Assembly: GCA_003220475.1 (NCBI GenBank)
Contig: QHSO01000011.1
Coordinates: 608 to 64,607, forward strand
Reading direction: 5' to 3'
DNA length: 64,000 bases
From: Candidatus Rokuibacteriota bacterium
GTDB taxonomy: Bacteria; Methylomirabilota; Methylomirabilia; Rokubacteriales; CSP1-6
The translations under genes were made by a program, and so were the position numbers. This document shows positions 46,931 to 57,090 of the stretch, one piece after another (position 1 is the first letter of the stretch; each line of letters begins with the position of its first letter). Below the pieces are notes generated by a model. The model saw only the letters and a list, made by a program, of their open reading frames with translations, had not been told where the DNA came from and searched no databases.

Positions 46931-47877
46931 GCGTCGCGAAAGGACCCGCACGCCGAGAGTCGGCATCCGTTCCCCGCGACGTCAAGCCGATGCTCGCCAC
47001 GCTGGTGGACGAGCCGTTTCACCTGCCGGGCTGGGTTTACGAAGAGAAGTACGACGGCATTCGCATCATCGCCGAGAAGGACGGCTCACGCGTGCGTCTG
47101 ATCACGCGCAACCTGATCGATCGCACCGCTGACTTTGCCGAGGTGGCGGCAGCCGTCGCGAAGCTGCCCGCGCCGACGCTGCTGCTGGACGGCGAGGTGG
47201 TGGTGTTCGATCCCAAGGGAATCTCGCGCTTTCAGCTCTTCGGCGCCGACACGCGGCGCCGGCCGGTCTACGTCGTTTTCGACTGTCTCTTCGCGCGCGG
47301 GCGCGATCTCCGCGCGCACCCCCTGGCCGAGCGGCGCGCGATGCTCGAAAAAGAAGTGCGCGCCGCCGGCCCGCTGCGCCTGGCGCGACGGCTCGCCAGC
47401 GACGGCTTCAAGGCGTTCGAGGCGGCGCGCGAGCGCGGCCTCGAGGGTATCGTGGCCAAGGACGCCGCGTCGCCGTACGAAACGGGCAAACGCTCGCCGG
47501 CGTGGCGCAAGGTGAAGGTACGCGCCGAGGAGGAGTTCGTGATCGGCGGCTACACCGCGCCGGAGGGCGCGCGCACGCACTTCGGCGCGCTGCTCATCGG
47601 CGCGTTCGACGACGGCAAGCTGCGGTATGCGGGCAAGGTCGGCACCGGCTTCACGAGCAAGTCGCTCGCCGAGCTCGCGCAGCGGTTCGCGCCGCTGCGG
47701 CGCCCGACGTCGCCCTTCCTCGACGCGCCACGGATGCGGGACGCGACGTGGCTCGAGCCGACGCTGGTCGGGCAGATCGGCTTCATGGAGAAGACGGGCG
47801 ACGGCCGCTTACGCCACCCCGTCTTCCTCGGCCTCCGCGACGACAAGCCCGCCGCCGAAGTGCGCTGGAGCGCGTAA
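46927..47877 (+). CDS. ATP-dependent DNA ligase (LigD ligase domain)
   Basis: PMLA, EEKYDG.R, LDGEVV, EGIVAK, W.KVK, YAGKVGTGF, LRHP.F.GLR.DK. Confidence 0.93.
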   Translation: MSVAKGPARRESASVPRDVKPMLATLVDEPFHLPGWVYEEKYDGIRIIAEKDGSRVRLITRNLIDRTADFAEVAAAVAKLPAPTLLLDGEVVVFDPKGISRFQLFGADTRRRPVYVVFDCLFARGRDLRAHPLAERRAMLEKEVRAAGPLRLARRLASDGFKAFEAARERGLEGIVAKDAASPYETGKRSPAWRKVKVRAEEEFVIGGYTAPEGARTHFGALLIGAFDDGKLRYAGKVGTGFTSKSLAELAQRFAPLRRPTSPFLDAPRMRDATWLEPTLVGQIGFMEKTGDGRLRHPVFLGLRDDKPAAEVRWSA

Positions 47878-47920
47878 GCGCGGGTTATCGAGGCGCGCCA
47901 CGGCTGCGCCGGGGCGCGAC

Positions 47921-47962
47921 GAGCGTGGGGGGGGTTGGGGGCCAGTTCGGGGCCCCCATGTT
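47921..47962 (+). repeat. G-rich REP-like palindrome, copy 3
   Basis: GAGCGTGGGGGGGGTTGGGGGCC-AGTTC-GGGGCCCCCA. Confidence 0.75.
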
Positions 47963-49674
47963 TAAACGGTATAGCGCGCGCGGATCTCGTCGAGCGCGCG
48001 GCGGCGCGATTCGGCGGGCGGCAGGTCGGCCGTCTCCACGGCGGCGAGCGCGCCGGCCAGATCCTCGTCCTTGATCTGTTGGCGCGCCCACGTCGAGTAG
48101 TCGTGCTGGCCCAGGTGCCACGCCCACGTCGGCTCGTCGACGCCTTCCGCGAGCTCGACGAAGCGCACGAGGTTCGACGCGCGCAGGTTCAGCGCGCCGG
48201 CGGGGCCGCGGAAGTAGAACGAGCGGTCGGGCGGCAGCTCGCCCTCCGTGTACTTGCGCACGTGACGCCGGTGCTGCACGCGGCGCTTGGCCACGCGGAA
48301 CCGCTGCGCACGCGGATGGTCGCCGAGCCACGCGATCGCGACCTCGCCCTCGGCGAGTTTGGGCCCGGCGAGCACCGGCGGTCGGCCGGTGGCGGCGGCG
48401 CGCGTGGCCGCCGCGAAGGCGTCGAGCTCGGTGGCGGCCACGACGTTGGGCAGCGTGCGCAGCTCGGGCGCGAGGTCGGTCACCTGGAGCGTGCTCATGC
48501 ACAACGACTCCGTGCCCGCCCGCAGCAGTTCTACGACGGGTGAGCCGTCGGCCGGCGCGATGTGATGCGCTTCATCGAGGATGAGCCAGTGCGGCAACCC
48601 CGTGGTCGAGCGCACGAAGGACACCGCGCCCAGCGCCTTCGTGGCGTACGCGACCTTTTCCGCGCGCGTCATGGCCGACAGATTCAACACGAGGCTCGTG
48701 CGCGGCTGGTGCAGCAGCTGGCGCAGCTCGTCCGGCGTGGGCAGCACGCGCTCGCTGCTGCCGCCGAGTACGACGACGCGCTCGAGCTCGGCGAACGACT
48801 GATAGTCACCCTCCGGATCCACGAGCAGGACGGAGCGTCCGCTTTCGATCAGCCGCTCGACCAGCAGCCCCGTCAGCGTGGACTTGCCGCTCGCGGACGG
48901 GCCCACGATCAGCATGCGCGTGCCATGGGGTGAGATGGTGACCGGCTCGCCGGAGGCGGTGTCCCCGAGCGGCAGGCTGTGACGCGTCAGCCGCGGCATC
49001 AGTGCGGCGAGATCGTTCACGAGGTGCTCCGTGATGAGCTCGATGGCGCCGCGCGAGCCCGGCGCGCGGGTCACGTAATCGGCGCGCTCGCGCAGCGCGG
49101 GAATCGCATCGGCCACGGCCACCGCGCACTCGGACATCGCCAGGAACGCATGGTCGTTCTCCGCATCGCCGATGCCGACCATGTTGTGCGGCGACAGCGC
49201 GAACATCGTCAGCGCCGCGTCGAGTCCGGTCCCCTTCGTGACGCCACCGGGCAGGAGCATGAGCGCGCCCTTGTTGAAGACGAGCGTGCGCTCGACGCCG
49301 ATGTCGCGGATCGCGGCGAGCGCGGCGTCCGCATAGCCCTCGGTGGTCGCGATGATCGACGAGCCGAGGTCGAACGGCACCCCACGGCGCCGCAGCTCCT
49401 CCACCAGCGCGGACTGCGGCGCGTCGCCAAGCGTCCGCGCCTCGCGGGTCTCGGGGAAGTAAAGGAGCGCGCCGTTTTCGGCGACGACGGCGTCGAACAT
49501 CCGGTCGATGTCGGCGCACACGCTGCGTAGATCGGGGAGCATGCGCCCCGTGACCAGCAGAACTTTCCGGCCGGACTCGCGCACGCGCGCCAGCGCCTGG
49601 GCCATTTCGGGGGAGCACCGGCCGCCATCGGCGATGGTGCCGTCGTAGTCACAGGCGAGTACGTGAACGTTCAC
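47962..49674 (-). CDS. Cof-type HAD hydrolase fused to a P-loop NTPase domain
   Basis: DYDGT, VTGR, AENG, GDAEND; GPSASGKS, DPEGDY, LDEAH; GTG 49674 lies 14 nt after TGGTAC-N5-ATGC. Confidence 0.85.
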   Translation of the reverse strand: MNVHVLACDYDGTIADGGRCSPEMAQALARVRESGRKVLLVTGRMLPDLRSVCADIDRMFDAVVAENGALLYFPETREARTLGDAPQSALVEELRRRGVPFDLGSSIIATTEGYADAALAAIRDIGVERTLVFNKGALMLLPGGVTKGTGLDAALTMFALSPHNMVGIGDAENDHAFLAMSECAVAVADAIPALRERADYVTRAPGSRGAIELITEHLVNDLAALMPRLTRHSLPLGDTASGEPVTISPHGTRMLIVGPSASGKSTLTGLLVERLIESGRSVLLVDPEGDYQSFAELERVVVLGGSSERVLPTPDELRQLLHQPRTSLVLNLSAMTRAEKVAYATKALGAVSFVRSTTGLPHWLILDEAHHIAPADGSPVVELLRAGTESLCMSTLQVTDLAPELRTLPNVVAATELDAFAAATRAAATGRPPVLAGPKLAEGEVAIAWLGDHPRAQRFRVAKRRVQHRRHVRKYTEGELPPDRSFYFRGPAGALNLRASNLVRFVELAEGVDEPTWAWHLGQHDYSTWARQQIKDEDLAGALAAVETADLPPAESRRRALDEIRARYTV

Positions 49675-49753
49675 GAGTGAGATCCCGTGCATTCACCGTA
49701 CCACCGCCCGCTCGCCTCGGCCGTGAAGCGCGTGCAGCTCTGTGGAATCTCCG

Positions 49754-50953
49754 TCAGCGCCCGGGGCGGTGGAGGCCGAGAGCGATCGTGCCGGCGGCGG
49801 CGAGCCGGTCGATCTCGCTCGGTGTCACGCCGATCTCGGCGAGCACCTCGGCGGTGTGCTCGCCTAGCAGCGGAGCCGCGCGGCGGATCTCCGCCGGCGT
49901 GGCGGAGGCGCGCACGGGGAACGTCAGCATCCGTGCGGTGCCATAGCCGGGCTGCTCGACCTCCGCGACGAGCTGCAGATGCTTGACCTGCGCGTCGGCG
50001 AAGACCTCGTCGAACTCGTAGACGGGCCCCGCCGCGATGGAGGCGCGCTCGAAGCGCTCGAGCCACTCGGCGGTCGTGCCGTCGGCCAGCGCACGCTCCA
50101 CGCGCGCGCGAAAGTCGTCGTAGTGCGCGAGCCGCGAGTCGTTCGTCGCAAAGCGCGGGTCGGTGGCGAGACTCGAATCGCCGAGCGCCTTGCAGAAGCG
50201 ATCGTACTGATCGGGGTTCATCATGACGACCTGGATCATGCCGTCCTTCGTCGGATAGGCCTCGGCAGGCGTGAGATTCGCGTTGCGATTGCCCAGACGG
50301 CGCGGCGCCTGGCCGGTGTCGAAGTACTGGGCGACCGGATCCGGCAGCAGACTCAGCGTCGACGCCAACAGATTGACGTCGAGATGCTGGCCGGCGCCCG
50401 TGCGGAAGCGGTGCACGAGCGCGGCGTTGACCGCGCCGAACGCGCACAGCGCCGCCGCGAGATCGGAGACCGAGCTGCCCACGCGCGTCGGTGGCTGGCC
50501 GGGCATGCCGGTCAGCGCCATGAGCCCGCTCACGCCCTGCGCGATCGTGTTGTAGCCGGGACGCCTGGCGTGGGGGCCTGTTTGGCCGAAGCCCGTGACG
50601 GACGCGTAGACGACACGCGGGTTCACGGCGCTCACCGTCTCATAGCCCAGGCCCAAGCGGGCGGCGACGCCGGGCAGGAAATTCTCGACGATCACGTCGG
50701 CACGACGGGCCAGCTCGAAGGCCAGGCGCGCGCCCTCGGGATGCTGCAGCTCGACCGCGACCCCGCGCTTGCCGCGGTTGATCGCCGCGAAGGCGGCGCT
50801 CATGCCGTCCCCACCGCGCCAGGCGCGCAGGTCGTCTCCGCGCCCCGGACGCTCGAGCTTGACGACGTCGGCCCCCAGGTCCGCCATCAGGGCCGCGCAG
50901 TAGGGACCGGCGATCACCCGGGAGAGGTCGAGAACGCGGATGCCGGCGAGCAC
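49754..50953 (-). CDS. CaiB/BaiF family III CoA transferase
   Basis: GIRVLDLSRVIAGP, DLGADVVKLE, NRGKR, ENF.PG, GFGQTGP, APLLGEHT. Confidence 0.95.
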   Translation of the reverse strand: MLAGIRVLDLSRVIAGPYCAALMADLGADVVKLERPGRGDDLRAWRGGDGMSAAFAAINRGKRGVAVELQHPEGARLAFELARRADVIVENFLPGVAARLGLGYETVSAVNPRVVYASVTGFGQTGPHARRPGYNTIAQGVSGLMALTGMPGQPPTRVGSSVSDLAAALCAFGAVNAALVHRFRTGAGQHLDVNLLASTLSLLPDPVAQYFDTGQAPRRLGNRNANLTPAEAYPTKDGMIQVVMMNPDQYDRFCKALGDSSLATDPRFATNDSRLAHYDDFRARVERALADGTTAEWLERFERASIAAGPVYEFDEVFADAQVKHLQLVAEVEQPGYGTARMLTFPVRASATPAEIRRAAPLLGEHTAEVLAEIGVTPSEIDRLAAAGTIALGLHRPGR

Positions 50954-51013
50954 GCCGCCGAGTATAATCCGGCACCACTGTCTCTGAGGTATCGGCGTGG
51001 AGGTCAGCTCCCA

Positions 51014-51934
51014 ATGAAACGATTCATTCTCCGACGGGTCGGCTACGCGTTGCTATCACTCGTCGTGTTATCCGCGACGATCTTCGTCTTCGTGAGGCTC
51101 ACGGGCGATCCTTCGGTCCTGCTCGTCGAGCCCGGCGCCAGCAAGGCCGACATCGACGCGATACGCGCCGACCTCGGCCTCGACCGTCCGCTTCTCGTGC
51201 AGTACGCCCTGTTCGTGAAGGGGCTGCTCAAAGCCGACTTCGGCCGGTCCTTCTACTACCGGACGCCGGTGCTCGAGCTCTACCTCGAGCGGCTACCGAA
51301 CTCGCTGATGCTGGCGGTGGTCGCCATGGCGTTCTCGCTGGTCATCGGCATCCCGAGCGGCATCATCGCCGCCATGCGCGTCAACAGCGGCTGGGACGGG
51401 GCGGGCAAGGTGTTTGCGCTCCTCGGGCTCTCCATGCCGTCGTTCTGGGTCGGGCTGCTGATGATCCTCTTCTTCTCCGTGTACCTCGGCTGGCTGCCGT
51501 CGTCCGGCTCCGGCACCCCACTGCATATCCTCATGCCCGCCTTCGCGCTCGGCTGGTACTTCGCGGCCGCGCACATGCGGCTCACGCGCAGCTCGATGCT
51601 CGAGGTGCTCGGCTCCGAGTACATCAAGCTCGCGCGACTCAAGGGGCTGCCGGAGACCCTCGTCATCTGTAAGCACGCCTTCAAGAACGCGCTGATTCCC
51701 GTGCTGACGCTGGCCGGTATCAACCTGGTATTGATGATCAACGTCGCCGTGGTGGTGGAGACCGTGTTCGCGTGGCCGGGGGTGGGCCGGCTGTTCTACG
51801 AGGGCATCGCGTTCCGCGACTTCCCCGTGGTGCAGACGTCGATCATCCTCAGCGGCACGATGATCGTGGCCGTCAACCTCGCGGTGGACCTCCTGTACGC
51901 CGTCATCGACCCGAGGATCCGTTATGAACGGTAG
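51014..51934 (+). CDS. Peptide/nickel ABC permease (DppB-like)
   Basis: GLDRPL.VQY, SMPSFW, RLTRSSMLEVL..EYI..AR.KGL, ETVFAWPG, DPRIR. Confidence 0.93.
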   Translation: MKRFILRRVGYALLSLVVLSATIFVFVRLTGDPSVLLVEPGASKADIDAIRADLGLDRPLLVQYALFVKGLLKADFGRSFYYRTPVLELYLERLPNSLMLAVVAMAFSLVIGIPSGIIAAMRVNSGWDGAGKVFALLGLSMPSFWVGLLMILFFSVYLGWLPSSGSGTPLHILMPAFALGWYFAAAHMRLTRSSMLEVLGSEYIKLARLKGLPETLVICKHAFKNALIPVLTLAGINLVLMINVAVVVETVFAWPGVGRLFYEGIAFRDFPVVQTSIILSGTMIVAVNLAVDLLYAVIDPRIRYER

Positions 51935-52814
51935 CCGCGCCGCCGCACTCACGGTCGCCTGGCGTCTGGCCTCCTTCCGCTCCCGTCTGGAAGGCCTGCC
52001 GGCCTTCCCCATCGTCATCCTCGGCACGCTCGCCCTGCTGGCGATCTTCGCTGACTTCATCGCGCCCCACGACCCCCAGGTGGGGCTGCTCGGCGAGCGC
52101 TTCCGCCCGCCCGCGTGGCAGGCGGGCGGGAGCACCGCGCATCTGCTCGGCACCGATCACGTCGGTCGCGACGTGCTGTCGCGCCTCATCTTCGGCGCGC
52201 GCATCTCGATGACCGTCGGCTTCACGGCCGTGATCTTTGCCGGCGTGGTCGGCACCACGCTGGGGATTCTTGCCGGCTACCTCGGCGGCTGGGTGGATCA
52301 GGTCATCATGCGCGTGACCGACGCGTGGCTGGCGCTGCCCGCGCTCACGTTCGCGATCTTCCTGGCCGCCATCGTGGGGCCGAGCGCGAGCAACATCGTG
52401 ATCATCATGGCCCTCGTCTACTGGACGCGCTACGCGCGCGTCGTGCGCGGCGAGGTGCTCTCGCTCAAGGAGCGCGACTACGTGCGCCTCGCCATCGTGG
52501 CCGGGTGCTCCAAGCGTACGATCATGAAACGCCACATCCTCCCGAACGTGGTGAACTCGTCCATCGTGCTCGCCACCCTCATGCTCGGTGTCGTCATCGT
52601 CACCGAGGCCGCGCTGTCGTTTCTCGGCGTCGGCGTGCCGCCGCCGCAGCCCGCGTGGGGGCTCATGCTCGCCGACGGCAAGAAGGGGCTGATGGCCGGC
52701 TACTGGTGGCTGACCGTGCTGCCCGGCCTGTGCATCATGTTGATGGTGCTCTCCGCCAACCTGCTCGGTGACTGGCTGCGCGTAAAGCTCGACCCGCAGC
52801 TGCGGCAGCTGTAA
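51924..52814 (+). CDS. Peptide/nickel ABC permease (DppC-like)
   Basis: HLLGTD..GRD..SRLI.GAR, ARVVRGEVL, HILPNV, EAALSFLG.G. Confidence 0.93.
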   Translation: MNGSRAAALTVAWRLASFRSRLEGLPAFPIVILGTLALLAIFADFIAPHDPQVGLLGERFRPPAWQAGGSTAHLLGTDHVGRDVLSRLIFGARISMTVGFTAVIFAGVVGTTLGILAGYLGGWVDQVIMRVTDAWLALPALTFAIFLAAIVGPSASNIVIIMALVYWTRYARVVRGEVLSLKERDYVRLAIVAGCSKRTIMKRHILPNVVNSSIVLATLMLGVVIVTEAALSFLGVGVPPPQPAWGLMLADGKKGLMAGYWWLTVLPGLCIMLMVLSANLLGDWLRVKLDPQLRQL

Positions 52815-52862
52815 TGGCTTTGCGAGCCGCAGCCGCAGGCGAGGCGAGCCTGTGATGAGGGC

Positions 52863-53833
52863 ATGAGCGACACGCCCCTGCTCGACGTGCGCGGCCTCAC
52901 CACGCACTACGTCAGCGCGCGGGGCACGCGCGTGACGCGGGCGGTGGAGGACGTGTCGTTCACGCTGCGCGACGGCGAGACGCTGGGCATCGTCGGCGAG
53001 TCGGGCTCCGGCAAGACGACGCTGGCGCTGTCGCTGCTGCGCCTGCTGCCGCCGGGCGCACGTATCATCGCCGGCGCCATCCGGTTCGAGGGCGAGGATC
53101 TGTTGGCGAAGCGCGAGTCCGAGATGCGCCATATCCGCGGCAAGCGCATCGCCATGATCCTGCAGGATCCGATGGCCTCGCTGAACCCGCTCTTCACCAT
53201 CGGCGACCAGGTAGGCGAGCCGCTGCGCGTCCACGAGGGGGCGAGCCGCCGCGGGGCGTGGGAGCGGGCGCGCGAGCTGCTGGGCGCCGTACGCATCTCG
53301 GCGCCCAACGCGCGCGTGCGCAACTATCCGCACGAGCTGTCGGGCGGCATGCGCCAGCGCATCGTCGGCGCTATCGCGATCTCGTGCGGTCCCCGGCTGC
53401 TCATCGCCGACGAGCCCACGACGAGCCTCGACGTGACCATCCAGGCCCAGTACCTGTCGCTGCTGCGCGAGCTGCAGCGCGCGCAGGGCCTGGCCCTGAT
53501 CTTCATCACCCACAACCTTGGCATCGTCGCCCGCATGTGCGACAAGGTCGCCGTCATGTACGGGGGGCGGATCGTGGAGTCGGGCCCGGTGCGGCGCATT
53601 TTCGGCGCCCCGGCGCATCCCTACACGCGCGCGCTCATCGAGTCCATTCCGAAGCTCGGCGACTCGAACGGGCGGCTCACGGCGATCGAGGGCCAGCCGC
53701 CGGACCCGGCGGCGCTACCCGAGGGCTGCGCGTTCCACCCGCGCTGCCCGGTGCGGCTCGAGAAATGCGCGACCGAGCGGCCGCGCGACAGCGTCGTCGG
53801 CGACGAGCACCGCACGGCGTGCTGGTTGCACGG

Positions 53834-53837
<4 letters not shown>
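52863..53837 (+). CDS. Peptide ABC ATP-binding protein (DppD-like)
   Basis: GESGSGKT, LSGGMRQR, ADEPTT, HPYT, GCAFHPRC. Confidence 0.94.
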
Positions 53838-54832
<995 letters not shown>

Positions 54833-54836
54833 GTGA

Positions 54837-55937
54837 TCACGTGCCCCGGCGCGTCGCGCGCGCGGCTTCGTAGACCGCGAGCGTCCGCGCCATCGTCGCG
54901 TCGATCGAGTGCTCCGCGAGCACCAGAGCCTGGCCGCGCTGCGCGAGCGTGCGTGCGCGTGCGGGATCGCGCAGCAGGTCGAGGATCGCGTCGGCGAGGG
55001 CGGCCGCATCCGCCGGCGGGACGAGGCGGCCCGTCTCGCCGTCGCGCACGAGCTCCGGCGTGCCGCCGACGGTGGTGCCCACGACCGGCGTGCCGACCGC
55101 AAGGGCCTGCGGGATCACCTGCGACATCGCCTCCGATTTCACCGACGGCAGCACGAGGACGTCGAGCGCGGCCATGACCTCGGGCACGTCGCGGCGGAAG
55201 CCCGTCATCACGACGTGCGACTCGAGTCCCATCTCCTTCACGCGGCGGCGCACGTCGTCGAAGCCGATGCCGTCGCCGACGATGAGGAAGCGCGCGTCGG
55301 GACGCTGCGCCAGGACGGAGCGCGCGGCCTCGAGGAAGTACGCGTGTCCCTTGCTGCCACGGATGTTGGCGACGAGGCCGACGGCGGGGCCGCGCAAGCC
55401 GAGCTCGGTGCGGACGCCGGCGCCGGAGACGTTCGGATGAAAGCGCGTCGTGTCGAGACCCGGCCCGATCGCGACGACGCGCTCGGCCGGCACGCCGGCG
55501 CCGCGCACGATCGTTGCCACCGCCTCACCGCTGGTGATGATCCGATCGGCGAGCCGGTACACGAACGCGCGGCTTCCCGGAATGGGAATGCTGACGTGAC
55601 GACTCCGAACGATCGGAAGGCGCAGCGAGCGCGCCGCGAGCCCGCCGACCCACGCATCCACCGAGGAGTGCGTGTGGACGACCGCGACGTCGTGGACGCG
55701 GAGGTGGCGTCGGAGCGCAACGATAGCGGCCACGTCCCAGGCGCCGCGCATTCGAACGGCCAGCACAGGCACGTTCGCACGCGCGGCCTCGGTGACCAAC
55801 CGGCTACCGGGTTGCCCGAGGATCGTTGCGCGCCAGCCGTGCGCGATCAGCCAGCGCGATTCGGCGATGATTCGGATCTCCTGCCCACCGAACCCGACCG
55901 AGGATTCCGTGTGCAGGATAACGGAGCCGGGGGCCAT
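54837..55937 (-). CDS. Glycosyltransferase family 4
   Basis: GGQE, KGH, GFRRDV...DVLVLPS..E.......ALA.G.PVV. Confidence 0.9.
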   Translation of the reverse strand: MAPGSVILHTESSVGFGGQEIRIIAESRWLIAHGWRATILGQPGSRLVTEAARANVPVLAVRMRGAWDVAAIVALRRHLRVHDVAVVHTHSSVDAWVGGLAARSLRLPIVRSRHVSIPIPGSRAFVYRLADRIITSGEAVATIVRGAGVPAERVVAIGPGLDTTRFHPNVSGAGVRTELGLRGPAVGLVANIRGSKGHAYFLEAARSVLAQRPDARFLIVGDGIGFDDVRRRVKEMGLESHVVMTGFRRDVPEVMAALDVLVLPSVKSEAMSQVIPQALAVGTPVVGTTVGGTPELVRDGETGRLVPPADAAALADAILDLLRDPARARTLAQRGQALVLAEHSIDATMARTLAVYEAARATRRGT

Positions 55938-55958
55938 CCCGGCTCCGTTATAGCAAAA

Positions 55959-56327
55959 CTACCAGCGGCCGCCGCCGCCGCCGGGTCGGCTGCCGCCGCC
56001 CCCGCCGTAGCCGCCACCGGGCCGGCCGCCGCCGCCGCGACCGCCGAAGCCGCCGCGCCCGCCGCCGCCACCGCCGGCACCGGGACTCTTGGCCTTTTCG
56101 ACCTGGATGGTCCGGCCGTCGAGGCTGGTCCCGTTGAGCTTGTTGATTGCCTGATCGGCCTCCTCATTCGTCGCCATTTCGACGAAGCCGAATCCACGCG
56201 AGCGGCCGGTGTCGCGATCCGTCACCACGCTCGCGGACTCGACATTGCCGCACGCGGCGAACGCCTCGCGCAAACGTTCGGTCGATGTGGAGAAGGAGAG
56301 GCCTCCGACGAAGAGTTTGACAGCCAT
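55959..56327 (-). CDS. RRM RNA-binding protein with Gly-rich tail
   Basis: KLFVGGLS, RSRGFGFVEM; AGGAG RBS. Confidence 0.95.
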   Translation of the reverse strand: MAVKLFVGGLSFSTSTERLREAFAACGNVESASVVTDRDTGRSRGFGFVEMATNEEADQAINKLNGTSLDGRTIQVEKAKSPGAGGGGGGRGGFGGRGGGGRPGGGYGGGGGSRPGGGGGRW

Positions 56328-56463
56328 GGGGAGCGCTCCTTGTGGCCTTCCGACTGTGTCGCGATCCCTGGACTCGGAAGGAGAACCGGGACGCGGCCTG
56401 AGACCGCGGGCGGGGGTTCACGGCGAACCGGCGACCGCACCAGACGGGTAAAGTATACATGCC

Positions 56464-57081
56464 GTGATCAATGATTTCATCGAGGAGTTCACCTACCTCG
56501 GTATCTTCATCGTCCTCTTCCTCGGGGGACTCGGCGTGCCCATTCCCGAGGAGCTCCCGGTCCTGGCCGCCGGCGCGCTCTCCCACGAGGGCTACATGCG
56601 CTCGTGGGTGGCGCTGCCCGTGTGCATCCTCGGCGTGCTCGTCGGGGACTCCGTCCTCTATTGGGTCGGCCACCACTGGGGCGAGCGCATCCTCGACTGG
56701 TCGATCGTGCGCCGCGTGCTCACCGAACAACGCGAGCACGTCCTGCTGGCCGCCTATCGGCGGCACGCCGCGAAGACGGTCTTCACCGCCCGCCACGTGA
56801 TGGGGCTGCGCGCGGCGGCGTTCCTCACCGCGGGCATCGCCCGCGTACCGTTCTGGAAGTTCATCCTCGCCGACGCGACCGCGGCCTCGATCGGTGTGCC
56901 GTTCGGCTTCTCGCTGGCCTATTTTTTCACCGATCAGCTCGGCGCGATCCTCCAGGACGTGCACCGTGTGGAGCGCTGGCTCGCCCTGCTCGCGCTCGTC
57001 GCGCTCGCGACGTGGGTCGCGGTACTGGCGTGGCGCAAGAGCCGTGCGGTGGCCCAGGACGTCGATGACGGCGTGCTATAG
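56464..57081 (+). CDS. DedA family membrane protein
   Basis: GVPIPEE, GDSVLYW.G, F.AR...GLR, AG...PFWKF...D. Confidence 0.92.
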   Translation: MINDFIEEFTYLGIFIVLFLGGLGVPIPEELPVLAAGALSHEGYMRSWVALPVCILGVLVGDSVLYWVGHHWGERILDWSIVRRVLTEQREHVLLAAYRRHAAKTVFTARHVMGLRAAAFLTAGIARVPFWKFILADATAASIGVPFGFSLAYFFTDQLGAILQDVHRVERWLALLALVALATWVAVLAWRKSRAVAQDVDDGVL

Positions 57082-57090
57082 TCGGCGAGC

